Shown here piece by piece: positions 42,345-52,328 of a stretch of DNA of 64,000 bases. Below the pieces are notes generated by a model, which saw only the letters and a program-made list of their open reading frames with translations, had not been told where the DNA came from and ran no database searches. The position numbers and the translations under genes were made by a program. Positions within the stretch are counted from its first letter, which is position 1. Every line of letters begins with the position of its first letter. Source of the stretch: Dehalococcoidia bacterium (GTDB lineage Bacteria > Chloroflexota > Dehalococcoidia > UBA2979); contig OZ253555.1 in the NCBI GenBank assembly GCA_965262725.1, positions 352,001-416,000 of the forward strand, in the 5' to 3' direction.

Positions 42345-42965
42345 CTTCCATCACTCCTTCCCGCCGCGGCGGCGAATGCGCCGTTGCGGCCCTCGAACGC
42401 CTCCAGGGGCGATGCTTCCTTCTCGAACGGGCCCACCCACGGGGTCGGTTCCGCCGGTGCCGGCTCCGGCGCCGGCTCCGCCTCGGGCCGAACCCGTTCC
42501 GGCTCCCGCGGCATGCTCACGGGCGTTCCGAGCTGTGGGGCCACGACGCGCTGGAGCTGCTGCCTGAGCGTCGCCAGCAGCTCCTCGTCGTCCACGTCCC
42601 GGCCTGATGCCGTCAGCGCGAGGAAGAGCACGTGCCGCCTGTGGCCCTCTGCGTCCTCGAACACCTGCAGCAGCGACTCCAGCGGACGCTCCTCGAGCGT
42701 GACCGTGCGCTGCACCACCACGAGCAGGTGCCCGGGCGGCGCCACGCCGAGTCCGCGGAGGTGATCCCGCGTCACGCGCGTGATCGCACGCCTGAGGCGT
42801 CGCCCCTGTCTTCCGTCCACGTCCGCCTCGACCGTCGGGCGCCACGGCCGCCTGCGTGCGGCACACGCGCTCCGCATCGCCGTGAACCGCCGGCCGCACC
42901 AGCTCCGCATGCGGGCCACCGGCCCCGCGGCCCGGCCCCTCCGGCTCCTCTTCCTGCCTGCCATC
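42341..42965 (-). CDS. hypothetical protein
   Basis: GGAGAG RBS before MAGRKRSRR; core HLLVVVQRTV..RHVLFLAL; first gene of the operon; start approximate. Confidence 0.55.
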
Positions 42966-43491
42966 CGACTCTCTCCTTCTGCTGCTCCGTCCCGGCTCAT
43001 CGCGGCGGGACGGCCCTTAACTCGATCGCCGAGTCCTCCCCGGCACAGAAAAACCCCGTGGCACGGGAGCCGTACGGGGCCGCTTCGCCGCCGACACCCG
43101 ACCCGCGGCACGCGCGGGGCGATGCCGCAGCTCGCCTCTGCGAGGCCTCGGGTCTCAGTCGTCGCTCGTGGTCGCCTCTATGCGAACCGGGGCCGGTCCG
43201 CTTCATTCGTCTTCCTCGGTTGTCCTCCTCCGCCTGTCGAACCTCTCGGTCCGCCGTGTCGCTGTCTCGCTGCCTTCCCTGCCGCTCGTGCACCTCCTCT
43301 ACCGTCACTCGTCCCCGGGTTGCCCTGTCTGCTCGATTCGATGCCTACCGCGGAGAGCTCTGCTCGTTGCCTCGGGTGAGGGTGATCCGTGCCTGCGTCC
43401 CGGATGAGCGATCCGTGCCGGTTACTCTTCTCCCTGGAGTTGGCGGTACCGGCGAAACGCACTGCTGACAAGGGGAAGGCTACGCCCAGAC

Positions 43492-43559
43492 GTTCACAGA
43501 AAGTTCCGGCTGCGTTCCATGAGAGTTCACAACGTTCCGGATTTCTTCCGGATTTGTTC
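43492..43559. promoter_or_regulatory. array of helically phased GTTC motifs (GTTC-N7-GTTC)
   Basis: GTTC at 43492, 43503, 43514, 43525, 43534, (CTTC 43545), 43556. Confidence 0.65.
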
Positions 43560-43917
43560 CTTTTCCGCCGTGCGGGGCCGATTGGCGCCGCCAGCCCCGT
43601 CCCGGAGGGCGCCGCGACTCCCGGGCTGCGGGAATGACCCGGAACGATGGGCACGGCGCCGGCCGCACGGCCGTGGACGCGGCTCGACCCCGGTCCAGGC
43701 TGGTCGCACGAGCGATCAGCCGCGTGCCGCCGGTCCGCTACCTCAGCAGCGCATGGATTGAATCTGGGCACGCGACCGTCGGAACCTCTCCCGGGGCCCC
43801 TGCCCGTGGCCCACGCCGTCCGGTCAGGGCCGTGCGGGCCCGCTCGGGCGCCCGCGCACGGGCCGGCCACGGGCCCGCGGCTTCGCCCGGGCAGGCGACT
43901 CCGCCTTCGGGTCGCAG

Positions 43918-43954
43918 GAACGCCCTGTGAACAAATCCGGAACAAATTAGGAGC
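43918..43954. promoter_or_regulatory. inverted counterpart array GAAC-N7-GAAC
   Basis: GAAC at 43918, 43929, 43940, (GAGC 43951); GAACAAATCCGGAA is the exact reverse complement of 43546-43559. Confidence 0.65.
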
Positions 43955-44585
43955 GGATCTTTGTATTTTGTTTTCTTGAACGGGGTGTGCAGGTCGCGTT
44001 CTGGCTCGCTCACGGACGATCCGTGCATCCCCACAGCGAGCAGCACGTCCCGGCAGTCGGCTCTGTCCTCAGCGGTGGTGATCCCGCCTCAGCAGACGTG
44101 CGGCTTCTTGCGAACTCACGGGTGCTGGACGAGTTCACTGCTGGAGTCGGTACCGGTCGGTCGCATGGCGACTGCCGGTCACGCACGGGCGAGATGCCAG
44201 GAGAGGCGACGACCCTCGTCGTGCTGCCTGAGCGCATCCACGACGTCGTGGTACCGCTGGCCGAGCGGCGCCGCCGACCGAAGGCTCCGCAGGTGTGCAC
44301 GACGCCGGCCTGCACCCCCGCACGGGGACCCGTTTGCGCGGCGAAGGCCGTCCTCGTCGCCCCAGGCCGCCGGCGGCAGTGCCTGCCCGGCACGGCTCCA
44401 CCGAAGGCCCTGACCGCCGTGGGTGCGGGGAGATGCACAGAGGTGCCTCGCCGATTCTGGGACAATGGGGTCTGACGGCCTTCCGCCCCTGACGCCGCCG
44501 ACCGCCGGGAGCGGCGGGTCGCCGGCCACACCGGGGCGGGAGCGCCGCGGGACCGCATTGCTGGAGATGGGGAACGGAGGATCTG

Positions 44586-44843
44586 ATGCCCACATTCACG
44601 AAGGTGAACCCTGATGATGTCGCCGTCGGTCGCGGGCGCGCCGGTGCGGAGAGGCGGAAGCCCTACATCGAGGCGCTGAAAGCGGGCGACGCGGGGAGCG
44701 TGGAGCTTGAGCGCGGCGAGAAGCCGGCGACCGTGAAGCGGCTGCTCCAGGAAGCGGCACGCCAGTCGAACATCCGCATCCGCTGCTCGTGGACGGACGG
44801 CCAGCAGCGCATGCTGGTGTGGAAGAAAGTCGGCGCGCGCTAG
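44586..44843 (+). CDS. small basic hypothetical protein, possibly DNA-binding
   Basis: GGAGG RBS; 85 aa; divergent from the primase operon. Confidence 0.65.
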   Translation: MPTFTKVNPDDVAVGRGRAGAERRKPYIEALKAGDAGSVELERGEKPATVKRLLQEAARQSNIRIRCSWTDGQQRMLVWKKVGAR

Positions 44844-45047
44844 GCGGCGCAGGGAGCGCCGGGAGGGCCCCGGCGGATCCGCCTCGCGGCCGGCACCCCG
44901 CGCCGACTGTGCAGCGCGGCGGCAACTCGCACGTAGCGCTTGCCGCGCGCGCCGCCGTGCGGGCCGCGCACCGAACGGATAGTGCTCCGCGTGCCGCCTG
45001 CGAAGCAGGTGGAGCGCTCGAGGGGACGAGCTCGGGAAGGCAGGAGC

Positions 45048-45251
45048 ATGACCGCTGCCTTCTACGTCAACGAAGACAGGCCGACCGGCTCGGCCACGAT
45101 CCACCAGGCGGGGGGCCCCTGCCTGGTCCCCCAGCGAAAGCGGGCGCGCGATGGGCAATGGCACGGACCGTTTCGACTCAAGGAGGGGGCCCTGAGAGTC
45201 GCCCGTGACGTCGGCCGCAACGTCTACGAATGCCAGCGCTGTAACCCCTGA
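45048..45251 (+). CDS. small Cys/His (probable Zn-binding) protein
   Basis: AGGAG RBS; ATIH..C..WHGPF..CQRCNP; paralog at 35988-36192. Confidence 0.7.
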   Translation: MTAAFYVNEDRPTGSATIHQAGGPCLVPQRKRARDGQWHGPFRLKEGALRVARDVGRNVYECQRCNP

Positions 45252-45455
45252 CGCCGGGCGGAGCGGCCGTCGCCGCCCCGAAGGACCGACCGCCCGCGCA
45301 GAGCTCCCTCGGACACGATCAGTCGGCCGGTCCCCGAGCGTCTGCGTGCGCCGCGCTGCGTCCGCGACCGGTCGTCGGTGTCCGCAAACGGGCAGTGCGG
45401 CGCGTGCGCGCCCGAGCGGCGCGCGGGCGGCGGCTTCTGACCCACGGAACCACCA

Positions 45456-46340
45456 TTAGATCGACTGAAAGAAGCTCGCCTCAACGGTCACTCTCTCGAC
45501 CGTCTCGGTTCGTACGCCGAGATCAAGCCTCTTGAGGTGATCGCACAACTCGTTGCCGTCGATCAAGTCGATGGCCGGAGCCCCATCGCGTACCGCTTCC
45601 TGCTCCGCGCTCGGGCTGAAACGGCCCGTTGTCAGGAAGAGGCCCTTGTCGGCGCGACCAACCATCGATCCCCGAAAGTCTCGAATCGCCCCTGAGCCAA
45701 CCGAACCCGCATAGCGCTTGCACTGGAAGACGATCTGGAACGAGATGAGGTTGACCCGCAGGACGCCAATGCCGTCAATCCCGCCGTCGCCCGAGCGTCC
45801 GGTGACCTCCACCTTGGTGAATCCGCTTTCCCTGAGAAGCCGCTGGCAGAGACGCTCGAAGGCGTCCGGGTGCATCTCCCTCGACGCGCCGAGCAATTCG
45901 TCTGTCCAGTCGGTGTCCGCGTCGTCTTCCGTGCTGCCGAGTGAGTCAGCCGCGGGGGCGTTCTTGGCCCCACGGGTAAAGGATCTTCGGTAGCTTCGAA
46001 TGTGCTCAAGAATCCTGTCCCGAACGTCGTCCTCCGCCGTGACGGCCTCCGCCGTGAGCTCTCGTCCGTACGCGGTTATCGACCACACGCCCCGGCTACT
46101 GTTCGTTGCCGCGTCCATGCGTTTGAGGAAGGTCCGTGCCCAGGCCGCCTGGTAGTAGAACTCCGTTTTCGGACCGTTGCCGTGCGCCACCTCGCGCACG
46201 GCATCCGGAAGCTCCAGGAGGGCTGCCAAGTCCTCGGAGATCTCCCGAGTGGAGGCTGACCCACCTCGCTGTTGGAGAACCCGGAGGATCGGCAGGCATA
46301 GCTCTTCACGGGTGGGGACGCGGTCGGCCAGGGAATCCAC
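45456..46340 (-). CDS. mrr: Mrr type IV restriction endonuclease
   Basis: Mrr_N (PILRVL..AWARTFLK..SSRGVWSIT) and Mrr_cat (FERLC..VTGRSGDGGIDG..FQCKRY..IRDFRG..LIDG). Confidence 0.92.
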   Translation of the reverse strand: MDSLADRVPTREELCLPILRVLQQRGGSASTREISEDLAALLELPDAVREVAHGNGPKTEFYYQAAWARTFLKRMDAATNSSRGVWSITAYGRELTAEAVTAEDDVRDRILEHIRSYRRSFTRGAKNAPAADSLGSTEDDADTDWTDELLGASREMHPDAFERLCQRLLRESGFTKVEVTGRSGDGGIDGIGVLRVNLISFQIVFQCKRYAGSVGSGAIRDFRGSMVGRADKGLFLTTGRFSPSAEQEAVRDGAPAIDLIDGNELCDHLKRLDLGVRTETVERVTVEASFFQSI

Positions 46341-46505
46341 CCGCGCATTATGCACACGCGGTGTGCAAGGTCGCCTTACCGCACCAGAGGCCTCGACCCC
46401 GAGACGGGTGTGCTCGCGACTCCCGCGTACGGGCACGGTATCCGTTGCCGAGATCGGCCAGCGCCTGATGGGCCAGACCGACGGCGAGCGAATGCGTGAC
46501 GCGCG

Positions 46506-49500
46506 CTATTCGTTCTCGCCGCTCGGCGAATCCGGGTCCGCCGCTGTCGCGAAGCGGTACACGCGACTCTTCGCCTGGCGTACGCCCGAGAGGGTCATCC
46601 CCCTGTCATCCGTCGGGCGCAGCTGCCCGAGGGGATCGACGATCACGCGTACGGTTGGCCGGGCATCGACACCCTCGATACCGGACACGACGACGAGGAA
46701 GAAGCCGGGTGTGGTGCGTGCCCGCTTCACCTCGGCCGCCGTCAGCGATACCTGATCCGGCTCGGCACCCGCGCTGACCTTCAGCTCATAGAAGTGGCCC
46801 AGCTGGTCGATCGCGTCGGCCCCAACGCCCCGTTGGGCGCGGAGATCCACGATCTCGTCGCCGTCGGTGTCGAGCAGCATCCGCAGGATCTCGAGCCCCA
46901 CGTTCTCCTGCTCGAGGGCCGAGTACCCGCGCAGGGTGCTCCGGTTGCGGGGCGCGCTCGATCCCGGGTTCGGCTCGGCAAGATCCACGTCGCGATGCGC
47001 CCGAGCACCGATGCCGCCTGCGGGAGCCGAGTCGGGGCGTGCCCCCTCCTCCGCTCCACCCGGCGAATCGAGGAGCCTCAGCCAACGCGGGTCCACCAGC
47101 ACGCGCGGCGCACCCATCTCCGATGCCGGATGATCGGCCTCGCGCCCATCGTCGGCGGCGCCCGAAGGCCGAGCGTCGCCCGCGGCCCGTCCGGCGGCGC
47201 CGCCAGCTGCGCGACGCCCGGCTCCCGTTCGCGCGTCAATCCCCGCCAGGCGCCTCTCGATCTCCGCCTCGTTCTGTGCCTGCTCGCGCTGGGCGCGTTC
47301 GTTGGCCAGTTCCACGCGATTCGCCTCGCGTCCATCCTCGGCCTGGTCCCAGGCGGCCCGCCACGCCTGCGCGAGCTGCCGCGGATCCCCTCCGAACAGC
47401 GCGGCGATCGCCCGCCCGCCCCCATCCACGCGTGGGAGCACCGAGGGATCGCGGACGAACACCGTGCGGAGGGCGGGCTCCACCTTCGCCGCGACGCGGG
47501 CGGTGTGCACCTCGCTCACGGCGCCCACGACCGCGGGGACGCTCAACTCGAGGCTGGGATGCACGCTCACCCCGAACTCGCCGAGGTTCTCCCACGGAAC
47601 CGTCACGCTCGCTGCCAGCTGCGGGTCGTTGCGGGCGAGATCCTCATGGAGAAGCCGAAGCGCCGCTCGGAACAGCTCCGTTGAGTCCTCATCCTCGTGG
47701 GCGAGCGTCGGTTCGATCACCGCGGAGTCGGCGGTGCGGAGCTCGGTCACGCGCAGCGGGCCGAGGAGCGGTCGGAACTGTTCGAGCTCGCCGCCCGGCT
47801 CCCAGAGCGGCAGGCCGCCACGAAGCCCCTCGGCGAGGACGCGGTCATTCGTCGCATACACCGGGCGCGCGCGCGCCCGATCGCGTACCCAGCCCAGGCT
47901 CGTCCACAGCGGTAGCCGCGCGAGGGTGGGCGCCTTCACAACGTTCCCCCGCGAGTGATGCGAAGCGAGCGCCCGGAGCGTCTCGAGCAGGATGGTCAGC
48001 TCGGTGCCATCCGGCGCGCGCCGGCGGCGGGCGATCGTGCGGATCACGGCCACGCAGTCGTCTGGTGAGGGCTCCCGGAGACCGAGTGCGCGCCAGAGCG
48101 GCTCGGTGCCCTCGACAGCCGGGGCGAACGCCCGGTGGTCGCCGAATATGGGTGGCCCCGCGAGAACGCTCCGCGGAGGAAGCCAGCCCGCTTTCGTGAG
48201 GACGAGGCCTCGGCCGCGCTCGAACGCCCTGCGCAACTCGTTCTCGGTGAGATCAGAGCGAGAGTTCCGCGTCGTGAGCGAACGGGACAGAGCCCGGTAG
48301 ACAACGGCGACATCCGCGATCGTGCCGCCGGACGGGGATGCGGCCCGCAACTGATCGAGCCGGCGGACGAGCGCGGAGCGGCCGGGGTCGGTGGTGACGC
48401 CGAGCGCGCCGAGCACGTCGGGTCGCGTGGAGCGAGGAAGGTCGCGGTGAAGATAGCCCGGCGCGTCGTCACCGTAGATGGCCTCGGTCCCCGGAGTTCT
48501 GACGCGCAGCTCGGCCGGCCGGCGCGCGATCCCGCTCTCGTCGTCGAGCCAGGCAACAGCCGAGGCTTGCCAGAGCCAGAACGCGCGGACCCGCCCCCTC
48601 ATCTGCCAGTTGTGGTACTCCGCCGCGGCGTCGACTTCGGCGATGTCGCCCAGTCGCCGGTCCCACGCTCGGCCCAGGGTCGCAAGCAGCGCGCCGGCGC
48701 GCTCGCGCCTCCGTCTCTTGCCGCGCTCGCGGGTGATGTCCCGGACCACTGCCAGGAGGTCGGGGCTGTCGTAATCGTCGAGGGTGTAGGTCGCCTCACG
48801 CTCCCGCAACGCCTGACGGCGGGAGGACACGCCGCCGGCAACCCCGGCGGGCAGGCCTTTGCGGCGGTCGACATAGCGCAGCTCGAGCTGCGGGTGCGCT
48901 CGTGCGCGGGGTGCCGTCTCGGCCCCGAGCAGCCGCAGGAACTGGAGTGCTCCGATCCCGCCCCGACCGGCGGGCGAACGGAGCACGCGCGCGTACCGTC
49001 CACCGAGCCACACGAGCCCGGGCGTTTCCCGGGCCGCCACCGCGAAGCTGTCCGGCTCCCGATCGACGGTTCGGGGCAGATACGCATCCGCGGGGCGAGC
49101 GCTGAGGGTCCTGCGCCGCTTCCGGTCGTAGGTGTATGCCTCGAGGGCCACGGCGCGACCGACGTCAGCCCCGAGCTCGTCGCGTTCCGTCGGGTTCATT
49201 GGCTCGAAGGCGTTCCGCAGTGCCTGCACCTGCTCGTCCGTGAGGGGCGCATCGAGCCTGCGTCCCGATCGACCGGCAGCGGCGAGACGGCGGACCACCG
49301 CGCGATCGTCGGAGCCGTCGAGGAGGGCTCCCGACTCGCGGAGCCACGCGAGGACTGCGGGGGCTCCGTCGCCGTCGCCGAGGTGGGCGGGGTGCAACAG
49401 CGTCACGACGCCGAGCTGCTCCGCCAGCGGGGTCGCGCTCGCCGCGAGGGCCTCCGGTGCGTCCTGGGGTGGAGGGACGAGGCGCCGGCGGTCCTGGGCG

Positions 49501-51068
49501 ATCACGAACGGGAGCGTGAGCAGGCGCGCGCCGAGGCCCTCGCCGAGAGCCGCCGCGGCGAGGGCGATCGTGGCATCCGGGGCCCGGGCGTCGTCGCCCA
49601 CGAGCTCGAGTGCTTGTTCGACGCTCACTGGCTCGGGAAGGTCTGCACCGGCTGCTCGCCAGTCCTCCAGCACGGCTCGCCAGCGGCCGGCCCGGTCCCT
49701 GACCGCGCTGGGGATCGCCGCCGGGAGGCCGGCCAGTTCGGCCGTCTCGGCCGCGGTCAGGATCCCCTCCAGCGCTCGCGCCTCGACCGCGAGCTCCGCC
49801 AGGCGGACGCGGCCGCGACCGGGCACGGGGAACGCGAGGTGGGAAGCGATCCACCGCCTCGCGCGATCGGTGATCGCCTTCTCCAGGGCGCGGACTACCG
49901 GCGATGTCGTTTCGTCCTCGTCGGAGCCCGCGATCGGCATGGCGTGCCACGCGACTCCGGGATCGCGCTGGAAGAGGTCGAGCGCCGCGTGCGACCAGAG
50001 CTCGGCGATCCGGGGCAGGAGCGAGAGGTTCCAGTCGCTGTGTGCGAAGTCGCGGCGGCTCGCGAGCGGGTCGAACTGCGCGTTCACGAACAGCGGCAAT
50101 CGCGTCGAGGCGACGGGGAGTCCCTCGTGGACCTGTCCGGTCTCGACGGGGCGGAGCGGTAGCGCCACGGAGACCGGGACCGTGGAGTCGGTGGCCTTCA
50201 TGGCCCGCATGACGCCGGCGGGCGCGGAGACCTCGGTGCTGTAGACGGCCCACGAGCGCCCGTCCGCCGACTCCACTCGCTGCCGGGACGCGGTTCGGGC
50301 TCCGGGAGACGGGGGCGGGCCCAGTTCGCCCTCGTCCCGACGGGAGAGCGCGAGTTCGTGAACCACGTCGCCTTCCGGCGCGAGCAGGGTGACTCGCGAG
50401 ACGCTGCGAAGGAAGAGCAGGGCGGCATCGTCCCAGCGTTGGAGCCACTGCTCGACATCCGCCAGGCTCACGACGCCCGGTTCCAGCGGCACCCGCAGGG
50501 TGGTCCAGCCCGCCCCGCCGAACCACGCCGGCAGAGCGGGCGGCTCGATCGGCGTGACGGGGGGCTTGCCGCCGAGGCGCACGTGGTACGGGTGGCAGTG
50601 GACCTCGAGCGTGCTCGAGAGCGATCGGAGGGTCATGAGCCCGATCCCGAAGCGACCGATCGCGTCGGCTTCGTCACGCTTCGTACTGAGCCACGGCGTC
50701 GCCAGGCCGAGCACATGGCGCAGGCGCACCGGCCGGCCGTTGTGGCCTACCAGCAAGTCGGTCGGCCTCAGGAGCAGCCGGACCTGCGAGGCCCCGACAT
50801 CGTCGGCGTTCTGGACGATCTCGGAGAGCCCCTGGAGCCGATCGCTCGACAGCAGGCTGCCGCTGCTGAGACCAGCATCCAGGACACGCTTGGCGACGCC
50901 CGAGAGACGCTCGAATGCCTCACCCAGCTCCCGGGTCGCCGCCCGGGCTTCGGAGACATCGCGCGGTTCGTAGGTGGGCTCCGCACCGTCCTCGGCGTCG
51001 AACAACCGCCTGGCGGCATCCACGGCGAGCCGGACTCGCTCACCTCCAGCGTCCTGGGCCTCAGTCAT
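46506..51068 (-). CDS. large sacsin-like N-terminal GHKL ATPase protein with C-terminal DUF3883/NOV-like nuclease domain
   Basis: EIVQNADD..HNGRP..STK..IGRFGIGL; LPLFVNAQF..SRR; C-terminal GVGADAID..YELKV..LTAAE..FFLVVV. Confidence 0.82.
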   Translation of the reverse strand: MTEAQDAGGERVRLAVDAARRLFDAEDGAEPTYEPRDVSEARAATRELGEAFERLSGVAKRVLDAGLSSGSLLSSDRLQGLSEIVQNADDVGASQVRLLLRPTDLLVGHNGRPVRLRHVLGLATPWLSTKRDEADAIGRFGIGLMTLRSLSSTLEVHCHPYHVRLGGKPPVTPIEPPALPAWFGGAGWTTLRVPLEPGVVSLADVEQWLQRWDDAALLFLRSVSRVTLLAPEGDVVHELALSRRDEGELGPPPSPGARTASRQRVESADGRSWAVYSTEVSAPAGVMRAMKATDSTVPVSVALPLRPVETGQVHEGLPVASTRLPLFVNAQFDPLASRRDFAHSDWNLSLLPRIAELWSHAALDLFQRDPGVAWHAMPIAGSDEDETTSPVVRALEKAITDRARRWIASHLAFPVPGRGRVRLAELAVEARALEGILTAAETAELAGLPAAIPSAVRDRAGRWRAVLEDWRAAGADLPEPVSVEQALELVGDDARAPDATIALAAAALGEGLGARLLTLPFVIAQDRRRLVPPPQDAPEALAASATPLAEQLGVVTLLHPAHLGDGDGAPAVLAWLRESGALLDGSDDRAVVRRLAAAGRSGRRLDAPLTDEQVQALRNAFEPMNPTERDELGADVGRAVALEAYTYDRKRRRTLSARPADAYLPRTVDREPDSFAVAARETPGLVWLGGRYARVLRSPAGRGGIGALQFLRLLGAETAPRARAHPQLELRYVDRRKGLPAGVAGGVSSRRQALREREATYTLDDYDSPDLLAVVRDITRERGKRRRRERAGALLATLGRAWDRRLGDIAEVDAAAEYHNWQMRGRVRAFWLWQASAVAWLDDESGIARRPAELRVRTPGTEAIYGDDAPGYLHRDLPRSTRPDVLGALGVTTDPGRSALVRRLDQLRAASPSGGTIADVAVVYRALSRSLTTRNSRSDLTENELRRAFERGRGLVLTKAGWLPPRSVLAGPPIFGDHRAFAPAVEGTEPLWRALGLREPSPDDCVAVIRTIARRRRAPDGTELTILLETLRALASHHSRGNVVKAPTLARLPLWTSLGWVRDRARARPVYATNDRVLAEGLRGGLPLWEPGGELEQFRPLLGPLRVTELRTADSAVIEPTLAHEDEDSTELFRAALRLLHEDLARNDPQLAASVTVPWENLGEFGVSVHPSLELSVPAVVGAVSEVHTARVAAKVEPALRTVFVRDPSVLPRVDGGGRAIAALFGGDPRQLAQAWRAAWDQAEDGREANRVELANERAQREQAQNEAEIERRLAGIDARTGAGRRAAGGAAGRAAGDARPSGAADDGREADHPASEMGAPRVLVDPRWLRLLDSPGGAEEGARPDSAPAGGIGARAHRDVDLAEPNPGSSAPRNRSTLRGYSALEQENVGLEILRMLLDTDGDEIVDLRAQRGVGADAIDQLGHFYELKVSAGAEPDQVSLTAAEVKRARTTPGFFLVVVSGIEGVDARPTVRVIVDPLGQLRPTDDRGMTLSGVRQAKSRVYRFATAADPDSPSGENE

Positions 51069-51316
51069 GTCCTGGGCCCGGATCCAGGAGCGCCAGGCCA
51101 CCTGGTGATGGGGGCGTGAGGTGGAAGTCCTCTACGGCACAGCGCGAGCTGTCGATAGCGTTCCGTGGGCCGCGCGCGGGTCGCCGAGAGGCGGACCGTG
51201 AAGGGTCCGTAGCGCGGAGCGCGGGCGGGGCTGTTGCGAGAGGTCCCGGGCACCAGTGTCTGTGGCTCACCCAAGAGGAATCTCCGCGGCGCCGCGCACT
51301 GCACCAGGCACTCGCG

Positions 51317-51961
51317 CTACTCGTCGTCCCGCTCTCCGTGCTCAGTGCGCTCCCTCAGGTCGGCGAGCGATTCGCCGTTGAAGTACCAGAGGTGCGCGGC
51401 CGAGATCCAGTACGATCCCAGTCCGCCTCTACGCCGGATCTCGTTCGCGGCGGCGGTCAGCGATGTCTCTTGCCCCTCGAATTCGATCCGGCGGCGCGAG
51501 ACTACCGTGGCCGTGAACCCGGGCTCAGCTTCGGAGCCGGAGTCGTCATCGCTCCCGAAGTGCAGCACCGCTCCTGGCTCTAGCCCCACCATCTCGAAGT
51601 TGAACTTCTCTCGACGCTGCTTGGAGGCTTCCAGTGCTCGTCCAGCTTCCTCGTCTTCAACGACATCGGCCGCAGGCGTCACGTCGCGTCCCCCGGTCAA
51701 ACGCATGGCCGCAACGACGCGCTGCGCGTTGACCCGGAAAAACTCGCGGCTCCGGCGTACGCGCTGGTCACCGAATGCCTCATGCAGCAGGCGTTCGGCC
51801 CCGATGTGGTCCTCGACCTCCAGGGCGAGCGCGCACACGAAGGGCACCGGGACGCTCGTGTTGTCGAGTTGGCGCAGGCGCTGCTCGATGTCGGTCGTGC
51901 AACCGATCTTCACGACGTCGGGCATCTCCGGGTTTTCGAGACAGTAGACGATACCTGGCAT
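51317..51961 (-). CDS. GIY-YIG nuclease, T5orf172 family
   Basis: GIVYCLENPEMPDVVKIGCT..RLRQL..TSVPVPF..E..LH..REFF. Confidence 0.9.
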   Translation of the reverse strand: MPGIVYCLENPEMPDVVKIGCTTDIEQRLRQLDNTSVPVPFVCALALEVEDHIGAERLLHEAFGDQRVRRSREFFRVNAQRVVAAMRLTGGRDVTPAADVVEDEEAGRALEASKQRREKFNFEMVGLEPGAVLHFGSDDDSGSEAEPGFTATVVSRRRIEFEGQETSLTAAANEIRRRGGLGSYWISAAHLWYFNGESLADLRERTEHGERDDE

Positions 51962-52328
51962 GCGGCTCCGTTCGTGCCGGCCGCGAGCCCGTGCAGGCCA
52001 CGAGGCCGTCCCTGAAGATCAGAGGGCCATCTTCGTCACCGCGAGTGAACGTGCTCACCAGCCGCTTCCCCTCAGGGAGGGTCGGTGCGCACGAGAGTAT
52101 CCGAACCGTAAGGCGGCCCGCCAGAGAGCCAACGCCTGAGCCTTGGTCCACGTCCCGCTAGATCCAAAGCGAGTGCGCCCACGTGCAGACGCATTCCGCC
52201 GCTCAGGGCCCTGGTCGGTGCCGTCGAGGTATAGCCAGAAGTTGTGGATGAGCCAGGAGAGAGAGGCGGCGTACCCTCCCTGAGTCAACAGGAGTGGCCG
52301 GGAAGCCGGCCGGGGAGGAGTACGCCGG

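Noticed and set aside
43492-43559. Definite LexA (SOS) boxes
   Set aside because: The geometry matches the alphaproteobacterial box, but the host lineage is unknown and no lexA is present, so it is kept only as an unassigned phased array.
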